64,000 nt of DNA from an uncultured archaeon (lineage in GTDB: Archaea > Thermoplasmatota > Penumbrarchaeia > JASLWR01): NCBI GenBank assembly GCA_964342815.1, contig CAYFHS010000003.1, forward strand, positions 96,001 to 160,000, given 5' to 3'. The number at the start of each line of letters is the position of its first letter. Within the stretch, counting starts at the first letter, position 1. This document shows, in pieces, positions 7,848 through 15,229 of this stretch. The notes under the pieces are model-generated. The model was not told the origin of the DNA, did no database searches, and worked only from the letters and a program-made list of their open reading frames with translations. Both the position numbers and the translations under genes were made by a program.

Positions 7848-8916
7848 TAAAAAAACCGCTCCCGATTACAGCATCGGATGCGCCGTGTGGGAAACCACCC
7901 TCGCGTGCAACATGAAATGCACACATTGCGGCTCAAGCGCAGGCAAGGCTCGTCCCGACGAACTTGACACCGGAGAGTGTATCAAACTTGTCGAGGACCT
8001 AGCTCAATTGGGATGCGGGACTGTGGCCCTTATGGGCGGCGAGCCTCTGGTGCGGGACGATTGGAAACAGATCGCCGGGTGCGTCAAAGACCTTAATATG
8101 GACCTCTCCATCGTGTCGAACGGTCTTCTTATGGAGAAATACATGGATCGGATAAGTTCACTTGAGCCCAAGGTTGTGGGAATAAGCCTCGACGGACTCA
8201 AGAAAACCCACGATTCCATCAGGCGAAAGGGATCTTTCAAAACCGCTATGAATGCTATAAAACTTCTCAGAGATAATGATATTCAAGTGACCGTAATAAC
8301 CACTGTTAGTAAGAAAAATTTCAATGACCTCACCAGGATGAAAGACCTTGTAATCAAAAAGGGCGTGAACTGGCAGATACAGGTGGCCATGCCAATGGGC
8401 AATTTCGACCGGGAACATCTCATAAGCGACGAGGACTACTACGCCGTGGCCATGTTCATAGCCTCCCAGCGGATAAAACACCCTTTTGAGGAATTACCCG
8501 TTATCGGCGCGCACTGTTTCGGTTATCATTCAAAACTGCTTCCGGACTCTAACACGTGGAAAGGATGCACCGCAGGTATAAGCAGTCTTGGTATTACGAG
8601 CAACGGCGGCGTGGCGGGATGCCTGTCAATGGGAAATAACAGGTTCATCGAAGGAAACATCAGGAAAAGATCGATAATAGATATCTGGAAAGATCCGAAT
8701 TCTTTTCGCTACAACAGAAAATTCAAGACCTCCGACCAGGGGGGGAATTGCTCGGGGTGTCGCTACGGTGAAAGCTGCAAGGGAGGGTGCAACTCCATGT
8801 CATACAGCCTGACTGAAAAGATGCACAACGACCCGTACTGTTTCAAAAGGATAGAGGAAGAGATCATAGGAGTCAAAAAGGGGATCTTCGAACGGATAAA
8901 GACTCGTCTCCGGTGA
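7822..8916 (+). CDS. Radical SAM/SPASM domain protein (peptide/protein maturase-like)
   Basis: CNMKCTHC (CX3CX2C), GGEP, SPASM CSGCRYGESCKGGC-X16-C plus upstream Cys residues; first ATG at 7822 overlaps paralog 8 by 26 nt (GTG 7807 is the alternative). Confidence 0.9.
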   Translation: MAFTRKKGNKKTAPDYSIGCAVWETTLACNMKCTHCGSSAGKARPDELDTGECIKLVEDLAQLGCGTVALMGGEPLVRDDWKQIAGCVKDLNMDLSIVSNGLLMEKYMDRISSLEPKVVGISLDGLKKTHDSIRRKGSFKTAMNAIKLLRDNDIQVTVITTVSKKNFNDLTRMKDLVIKKGVNWQIQVAMPMGNFDREHLISDEDYYAVAMFIASQRIKHPFEELPVIGAHCFGYHSKLLPDSNTWKGCTAGISSLGITSNGGVAGCLSMGNNRFIEGNIRKRSIIDIWKDPNSFRYNRKFKTSDQGGNCSGCRYGESCKGGCNSMSYSLTEKMHNDPYCFKRIEEEIIGVKKGIFERIKTRLR

Positions 8917-9081
8917 AGGTAAGCTTGATATGGCAATTGGACATTGATTTTTACAGTAGTGGATAAAATCTAAAAAGGTCCGCTCTCATCTATGAGTACC
9001 AGAGAAAAAATATGGTACTCGAATGCCAAACGCAGGGGCCTGACGACTCCTTATTTGTTTTCTTATTATTATTTTGATATC

Positions 9082-9170
9082 GGGCCTGCGTTTCTTACGT
9101 CGCCCGTAGGCTGACTAGCCGAGGGCTCAGGTGTGACGCAGTTACACCGGAGTGTAACGGGAGCAGGCCC
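9082..9170. ncRNA. Candidate structured RNA (89 nt, closed by an 8-bp helix)
   Basis: GGGCCTGC 9082-9089 pairs with GCAGGCCC 9163-9170; internal hairpins GGCT/AGCC, GGTGT/ACACC and GTTACAC/GTGTAAC; GC-rich island in an AT-rich intergenic region. Confidence 0.35.
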
Positions 9171-9262
9171 TCTATATAAAGAATGTCCGAACGCGGCTCC
9201 AATGAATTAAAAAAATTCCCGTTCTGAAATAATATAAATAATCCATAATTAATAAAAAAAGG

Positions 9263-9344
9263 TGCGGAAGACCGGATTCGAACCGGCGAACCACTGAGGA
9301 ACAGATCTTGAGTCTGTCGCCGTTGACCTCTTGGCTACTTCCGC
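9263..9344 (-). tRNA. trnL: tRNA-Leu (anticodon CAA)
   Basis: Acceptor stem GCGGAAG/CTTCCGC, D-arm AGCCAAGAGGTCAACGGC, anticodon arm ACAGA-CTCAAGA-TCTGT, long variable arm, T-loop GTTCGAATC; T-tract downstream. Confidence 0.95.
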
Positions 9345-9421
9345 TGTGAGTTAACGGACTAAATGGAACTTTTATTATTTTAATTTAGTTTGGTAATGAT
9401 ATTTGGTCTATCACAATACTG

Positions 9422-10015
9422 CTAAAGCAGGTCCATGGCCGCTGCCAAGGCCCCCTTTGTTGCATTCGTTCCATTATCGGCGGTCCCGATAATGACCACA
9501 TCATCATCCTTGAAGGGCGATCTCATTACGTTCTTCAACTGGTGCAATACGCCCTGATCCTGCATTGGTTCTTGATCAGGTGGGAAAGTAAGTCCTTCGT
9601 TGCGATAGACCAGAGTGGTAGCGCCCAGAGCCCCGGCTCTAACTGCCGCGTCCCTCTGTGAGAAACCGTCAGTAATAGAATTACCCTTTCCGGGAACTAT
9701 CACCGCCACATCTTCCGTACCCACGGAGGATTCACCACCCTCTATGGGAATCACCTCGATTCCAATGTCGGTCAGCATCTCTTCGCCCGCGGGTGTTATA
9801 ACGTTCCCGCTTCTTTCGGTTTTCACAAGGCCGGCTTTCGTCAGGCGCCTCAGCATACTTCTGACGCTTCCCTCACCCATGGACAGCTCGCGGGAGAGTT
9901 GTTTGCGGCCGATGGACCCCTTTTTCCGGATAACAAGGAGCGCCATCAACAAGTGGTACTGCTGGAAATACGGCATTGGTCCTGGTGCGCCAGCGGTGGC
10001 GATCTCCATTTTCAT
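9422..10015 (-). CDS. HTH + DUF4443-like protein (putative transcriptional regulator)
   Basis: N-terminal wHTH (IGRKQLSRELSMGEGSVRSML); C-terminal QRDAAVRAGALGATTL motif. Confidence 0.7.
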   Translation of the reverse strand: MKMEIATAGAPGPMPYFQQYHLLMALLVIRKKGSIGRKQLSRELSMGEGSVRSMLRRLTKAGLVKTERSGNVITPAGEEMLTDIGIEVIPIEGGESSVGTEDVAVIVPGKGNSITDGFSQRDAAVRAGALGATTLVYRNEGLTFPPDQEPMQDQGVLHQLKNVMRSPFKDDDVVIIGTADNGTNATKGALAAAMDLL

Positions 10016-10031
10016 TCACCTTCGGGGATTG

Positions 10032-11081
10032 TTACACATGCTGATTTGATTCCAGCTTCTGCCCACTTATCGTTGTCCCGTCACTTACCGTAATGTTATC
10101 ACCGAGAACCGAATCCTCCACATGAACACCTTTCCCGATCTTGCAGGAATCACAGATAAACGAATTTTTTATTGTTGTATTATGATCCACAAGGGTCTGT
10201 CGAGACAGCACCGAGTTTTTAATTTTCACCCCGTTACCAAGAATGCAGTCATCGTAGAGATAAGCATCCTCCACATGCACGTTTTCCCCCGTCTGGACAC
10301 CCTCTCCAATATAGCACCTTCCAAGTAATGCAACCCCTTCCTGCACTTCGGACGACACGTGGATGTCGGTCTCAAGACGGCGGGTAAATACGCGGAGATG
10401 TGACTCAATAAGGTCGGAGGGCCTCCCTATATCGATCCAGAGACCGGAAAGTTCCGTCCCAAATAGAGGAAGTTCTCTTTTGAGGAGTTCGGGAAACAGC
10501 GTCCGCGAAAAGTCCATTTTTTCATTCAACTTAAATAGTTCGAATACCTCGGGCTCGATCACGTATATACCCGCATTGATCAGATTGGAAAACACCTCTT
10601 CGGGAGCCGGTTTTTCGCAAAAACGCTCGATTCGGCCGTCCTTGTGCAATCCCACTATTCCGTATTCCGTGGGATTCTCGACAGTGGTAAGTGCAATGGT
10701 GGCAATCGCCTTTTTCTCCTTGTGAAATTCATATATCTCAAGGAAATTCACGTCAGCGAGAACGTCCCCGCTTGCAACCACGAAGGTTTCATTGAGAAAT
10801 CCCTCGTTCTTTTTCACGCCTCCGAAGGTTCCCAATGGTGTTCTTTCGATTGAATAAGCAATATTCGCTTCCCAGGCATTTCCACTACCAAGGTGCCTAA
10901 TGATGTCTCCCGGTCGGTAGTACATAGTTACAAGAATATCGTTGAACCCATCTCTCACGAGAGCCTCTATCACATGCTCAATGCACGGCTTATCATCGAT
11001 GAGCACGAATGGCTTTGCCTTCTTTTCCGTAACCGGTCTCAGACGGGTTCCTTCCCCCCCTGCGAGAATAACTGCCTTCAT
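10032..11081 (-). CDS. NDP-sugar synthase / mannose-1-phosphate guanylyltransferase-like
   Basis: MKAVILAGGEGTRLRP, EKP, INAGIY and WIDIG motifs; C-terminal left-handed beta-helix repeats. Confidence 0.85.
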   Translation of the reverse strand: MKAVILAGGEGTRLRPVTEKKAKPFVLIDDKPCIEHVIEALVRDGFNDILVTMYYRPGDIIRHLGSGNAWEANIAYSIERTPLGTFGGVKKNEGFLNETFVVASGDVLADVNFLEIYEFHKEKKAIATIALTTVENPTEYGIVGLHKDGRIERFCEKPAPEEVFSNLINAGIYVIEPEVFELFKLNEKMDFSRTLFPELLKRELPLFGTELSGLWIDIGRPSDLIESHLRVFTRRLETDIHVSSEVQEGVALLGRCYIGEGVQTGENVHVEDAYLYDDCILGNGVKIKNSVLSRQTLVDHNTTIKNSFICDSCKIGKGVHVEDSVLGDNITVSDGTTISGQKLESNQHV

Positions 11082-11104
11082 TTTACACACCTATATTTGT
11101 TGAA

Positions 11105-11797
11105 TTATTTATCGATTATCTTTATCCCATCGTCTCCCGCTACGATCACCCTGGCGGTCATACCGAGGAATAGTCCGTTCTCAACCACTCCGGGAAGATT
11201 GTTCAGCTCTCGCTCTAACCAGGCCGAATCATCAATGCTCTCGAAATGCAGGTCATAAACGTAATTACCCGAATCAGTTACGAAGGGAGTCGCATCATTG
11301 AGCTTTCTGAGAACCGGGCGGCTCCCAAGTTCAATGAAAACATCCACCAGAGTAGCGTGGCCGAAGGACAGAACTTCCACCGGGAGTGGCGAGCGGGTAC
11401 CAAGTTTGATCACCATTTTGCCTTCATCCACCACTATTATCTCCTCCCTGGAGTTCTTCGCGACGATCTTCTCTCTGAGAAGCGCTCCACCCAGCCCCTT
11501 GATGAGGTTGAGGGCCGGATCAACTTCGTCCGCACCGTCTATGGTGAGATCGATAACTGGATGTAGCTCAAGGGTAGTAAGTGGGATGCCCAGCTTTTGG
11601 GCGATGGATTCGGTGGCCTTGGAAGTGGGAATGCCAATAAATACCAGATCTTCGCTTTTCATTCTTCGTGCCAGCTCCAAAAGAGTATAGTAGACGGTGG
11701 AGCCTGTGCCGAGACCTACCACCATACCGTTTTCAACGAAATGGGCCGCACGCTCCCCGGTGATCCGTTTCAACTCTTCCTGATTCATCTCGGCCAC
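11105..11797 (-). CDS. rpiA: Ribose-5-phosphate isomerase A
   Basis: GLGTGST, DGADEVD, KGLGGALLREK and PGVVENGLF motifs. Confidence 0.95.
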   Translation of the reverse strand: MAEMNQEELKRITGERAAHFVENGMVVGLGTGSTVYYTLLELARRMKSEDLVFIGIPTSKATESIAQKLGIPLTTLELHPVIDLTIDGADEVDPALNLIKGLGGALLREKIVAKNSREEIIVVDEGKMVIKLGTRSPLPVEVLSFGHATLVDVFIELGSRPVLRKLNDATPFVTDSGNYVYDLHFESIDDSAWLERELNNLPGVVENGLFLGMTARVIVAGDDGIKIIDK

Positions 11798-11938
11798 GCT
11801 TCCATATATATCTGACTCAAGGGGTATTGTATCTTCAGAGATAATAATTTCGGTTTGAGTTCGACCAGTTTCGCGAAAACAAAAACAAGCAAAATAATAT
11901 ATAATGAAGTAAAAATTATATTATTGCGAGGGATTTTT

Positions 11939-12373
11939 ATGAAAATATACAGCAAGGATTTCCAGCACGGTGGCATGATCCCCCGAATATTCACGTGCCA
12001 GGGTAAGAATATAAATCCTCAATTGGTATGGTCCGGGGTGCCGCCGGAGGCAAAGAGCCTGGCATTGATTGTGGACGACCCGGACGCACCAATGGGTACC
12101 TGGGTTCATTGGCTCGTCTGCGATATAGATCCCGCTTCCACGGGCATTGGTCGCGATTCGGTACCGCGGGGAGGAGTACAGGTCAACAACGATTTTCGAA
12201 AACCCGATTACGGCGGTCCCTGTCCACCTTCCGGTATTCATAGATACTTTTTCAAGTTGTATGCACTGAACGTCGAAAAGCTTGGAGCGGCTAACAAAAA
12301 AAAATTTTATAAATTGGTCAAAAAACATGCAGTGGATAGAGCGATCCTGATGGGTAAATACACCAAGGGATGA
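11939..12373 (+). CDS. YbhB/YbcL (PEBP/Raf kinase inhibitor-like) protein
   Basis: DDPDAP, WVHW, YGGPCPPSGIHRYFFKLYAL motifs; ATG 11939 preferred. Confidence 0.9.
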   Translation: MKIYSKDFQHGGMIPRIFTCQGKNINPQLVWSGVPPEAKSLALIVDDPDAPMGTWVHWLVCDIDPASTGIGRDSVPRGGVQVNNDFRKPDYGGPCPPSGIHRYFFKLYALNVEKLGAANKKKFYKLVKKHAVDRAILMGKYTKG

Positions 12374-12497
12374 TGAAAATCCGTTTCTTTAAATAAAACG
12401 GTCAAAAAAGATTCCATGATTCTTTGCCCCATATGATAAAGAATATAATCCAGTCAAATTTAATGTCCAATAAATTTCACCATAATTAACATATAAA

Positions 12498-12959
12498 ATG
12501 CTCAAGCTCACCGGAGAGCATATGGGCGATGGGAATAAAGGCGAGATCATAGATTTCAGATTTGTAAGATCGTGGCCGCCGGAGGATATCGTTTCTCTTT
12601 ACAAAGCGGGAGGATGGTGGAAGGATCATTACGACCCGGCGGGAATTTCGTTTCTGCTTGAGAAAACATTTGCATTCGTAGTCGCTGTGGAAGGTAATTC
12701 CAGGCGGGCAGTGGGTATGGGTAGGATCATATCGGACGGGGTGAGCGACGCATATATTCAGGATATCGTAGTTTTACACGAATATCGAGGAAAGGGGATC
12801 GGGAAAAAAATACTTGAAAAGTTGGTGGATCACTGCCGAAAACAAGGCCTCGTATGGATCGGCCTCATTGCCGAGGAAGGTACCGAGGATTTTTACCTCC
12901 CTCTGGGATTCAACAGGTTCTCCGGGCAGCCAATGGTGTATGAGCCAGGTGATAACTGA
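12498..12959 (+). CDS. GNAT family N-acetyltransferase
   Basis: GRIISDG..AYIQDIVV..EYRGKGIG acetyl-CoA motif A. Confidence 0.85.
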   Translation: MLKLTGEHMGDGNKGEIIDFRFVRSWPPEDIVSLYKAGGWWKDHYDPAGISFLLEKTFAFVVAVEGNSRRAVGMGRIISDGVSDAYIQDIVVLHEYRGKGIGKKILEKLVDHCRKQGLVWIGLIAEEGTEDFYLPLGFNRFSGQPMVYEPGDN

Positions 12960-13840
12960 TGTTATCTACCGAAGATTTCAGACATGTATCTTTTGAACAC
13001 AAGACGTTTTTCATGGAATTCCAGTCCCGATATCCTCCGGTGCACTCTGATTATATATTCTCAACCATGGTATGTTGGCAGCATTATATGCGTTATTCTT
13101 ATACGAAATATCACGATTCCGTAATCATCATGACCGAGCATGAAGGCGAAGTCCGTTTCAGGCCCCCCATGGGACCGAGAGATTGCGTGGTATTGGAAGA
13201 GGTCATAAAGCTGTGTAAAGAGATAAACGGCGAAAATTCATTTTCAGTTGTGGACCCGGAAATGAAGGATTGGCTGGAGGCGGAGTTCCCGAATATGGCA
13301 TTTCATCCACAGCGAGATTATTTCGATTATGTTTATCTTGCCAGAGACCTTGCGGAGCTTCCTGGAAAAAAATATCTTAAGATACGAAATCAACTCAATT
13401 ATTTCCTGAAGCATAATTCTTTCACTGTGGAACCGATTCGTGAGGAAAACATTGCCGAAACAAGGGAATTTCTCATAAAATGGTGCTTACAGAAAGGATG
13501 CAGTGAAGAACCCCTTCTCAATAGCGAAAGAATCGCCGTCCAGACAGCCCTCGCGAATTTTTCCAAACTAGGATTATCGGGCCTGATCCTTCGCATAAAT
13601 GGCATCGTTGAAGCGTTTTCAGTGTTTGAGAAAATGAGCAAAGATACCGCGGTTGTCCATTTTGAAAAAGCAAACTTCGATTTCAAGGGTATATACCAGG
13701 TCATCAACAGGGAAACCGCAAAGTTTCTCCGGAACGATTATAAATTCATCAATAGAGAAGCGGACATGGGTATAAAGGGACTGAGAAAAGCAAAGGAAAA
13801 ATATCATCCCCATCACTACGTGGAAGTTTACCACGTATAA
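12959..13840 (+). CDS. DUF2156 / phosphatidylglycerol lysyltransferase-like domain protein
   Basis: DYVY..DLAELPGKKY, HFEKAN and INREADMGIKGLRKAKEKYHP motifs; TGATG coupling to the GNAT gene. Confidence 0.8.
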   Translation: MLSTEDFRHVSFEHKTFFMEFQSRYPPVHSDYIFSTMVCWQHYMRYSYTKYHDSVIIMTEHEGEVRFRPPMGPRDCVVLEEVIKLCKEINGENSFSVVDPEMKDWLEAEFPNMAFHPQRDYFDYVYLARDLAELPGKKYLKIRNQLNYFLKHNSFTVEPIREENIAETREFLIKWCLQKGCSEEPLLNSERIAVQTALANFSKLGLSGLILRINGIVEAFSVFEKMSKDTAVVHFEKANFDFKGIYQVINRETAKFLRNDYKFINREADMGIKGLRKAKEKYHPHHYVEVYHV

Positions 13841-13889
13841 GCCAAGCTGTATGAATAATCATAATGGGATCGTGGAAATCAGCATTTTC

Positions 13890-15038
13890 TCAGGAAAGTT
13901 TCGGATAGGGGTACTCTTGGGCACGGTTTTGAAAACTCAATATCTTTGGATTTAATATTCGTCCGTTCTCCATCTCCACGGCATTTCGAATGGTGGGATC
14001 CTTTTCCCAGACCTCTTTACCGCCCATAACGGTTCCAATAAAGGGAATAAGAGCAGAACTTATCTCGTATGATGCAGAATACCAGAGGTAGGATGGAGAG
14101 TGGTCGACTGCGTAATATAGTAATTTACCGGCCATGAAGTTGGGTTTATCAAAGGACGTAGGGCGAGCAAATTCAAATCCCATTCCCAGATCGCAGCTTA
14201 CATCGATTATAAGAGCCCCCGGTCTTAATTTATCCAGATCCGTGTTTCGGACGAACATCAAAGGTCGATCAGTGTCCTGAAGAATGCAGTTAATAATAAT
14301 ATCATAGCTTCCCAATTCCTCGGGGCTAGGGATAATTTGGTTATCCTTTACCATTAATACATCGGAACTTCCAGGACTTTCTCTCATATACCGACCATGC
14401 TTTACAGAGGGAATCGGGGCGATTACAGCATAGTCGGGCCTCTGAGTAAATAACGTGATGTCAGTATATCCTTGTCCTACCAAAGCATGTATGGCACCAC
14501 GACCCGTTGAACCGAAACTGATAACCGCGGCTCGCTTTGCCGGGCCGTAATGTCCGGTCATCCCGGCAAGCCCAAGTGCGTGAAGCACACTGCAGTAACC
14601 GGCCATCTCATTGTTCTTATGAAAGACGTGCAGATCCTTAAACATGTCTCGTTTCCATAGATACATTGCTTCCCAGGCAATCAAGGTCATCTTTTTATCG
14701 ATTCCCATCTGTGTGATAGGTTCCCCCTGTACGCAATGCGGCCAACCCCAGAGAATTTGGCCATCCCGGAAAAAAGGAAAATCCCCCTCAGTGGGTTTGG
14801 GGAGTAGAATGATGTCGCATTTTTCGAAAAGCTCTTCGCGAGGCAAAATACCGGCTACCAATTTCTTTAGCCCTTTATCGTTCACACCGAATGGTTTGCC
14901 GTATCCTTCTTCGATATAGATACGGTTACGTAATGGACCATCCAATTCCAATAGATGGGACGGGAAAATTGGAACCCTGTGTTCATTCTCTTTTTTTGAT
15001 GAGCCAATAACACCCATTGTCAATTCATTAGAGGTCAT
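13890..15038 (-). CDS. ceo: N5-(carboxyethyl)ornithine synthase (AlaDH/PNT family)
   Basis: SSKKENEHRVP, WGWPHCVQ, NNEMAGYCSVLHAL, DVSCD and YYAVDHSPS motifs; ATG 15038 follows a GGTGA RBS (TTG 15059 is the alternative). Confidence 0.75.
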   Translation of the reverse strand: MTSNELTMGVIGSSKKENEHRVPIFPSHLLELDGPLRNRIYIEEGYGKPFGVNDKGLKKLVAGILPREELFEKCDIILLPKPTEGDFPFFRDGQILWGWPHCVQGEPITQMGIDKKMTLIAWEAMYLWKRDMFKDLHVFHKNNEMAGYCSVLHALGLAGMTGHYGPAKRAAVISFGSTGRGAIHALVGQGYTDITLFTQRPDYAVIAPIPSVKHGRYMRESPGSSDVLMVKDNQIIPSPEELGSYDIIINCILQDTDRPLMFVRNTDLDKLRPGALIIDVSCDLGMGFEFARPTSFDKPNFMAGKLLYYAVDHSPSYLWYSASYEISSALIPFIGTVMGGKEVWEKDPTIRNAVEMENGRILNPKILSFQNRAQEYPYPKLS

Positions 15039-15229
15039 TAATTTCACCTTTTCATTCAATACCTTTCGTAGAGCACCATCTGTATTGCATATAAGTAATT
15101 TGCCGCTGTTATCTGCATTTAAGTTATCCTTATAAATCTTTCACTCTATAATCTGGCGATCAAGGAACTTCACCCTGAGAATGACTTTTAAAAAAATCTT
15201 AGATGGTCCTCAAACCTGGAAAGAAAAGC

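Noticed and set aside
9021-9056. Fluoride riboswitch (CTGACGACTCC resemblance)
   Set aside because: Lacks the 5' GGxGATGG/GGAGT pseudoknot partner and has no downstream gene in the right orientation
9263-9344. tRNA-Leu as integration site of a mobile element
   Set aside because: No duplicated tRNA 3' end or integrase seen in the window
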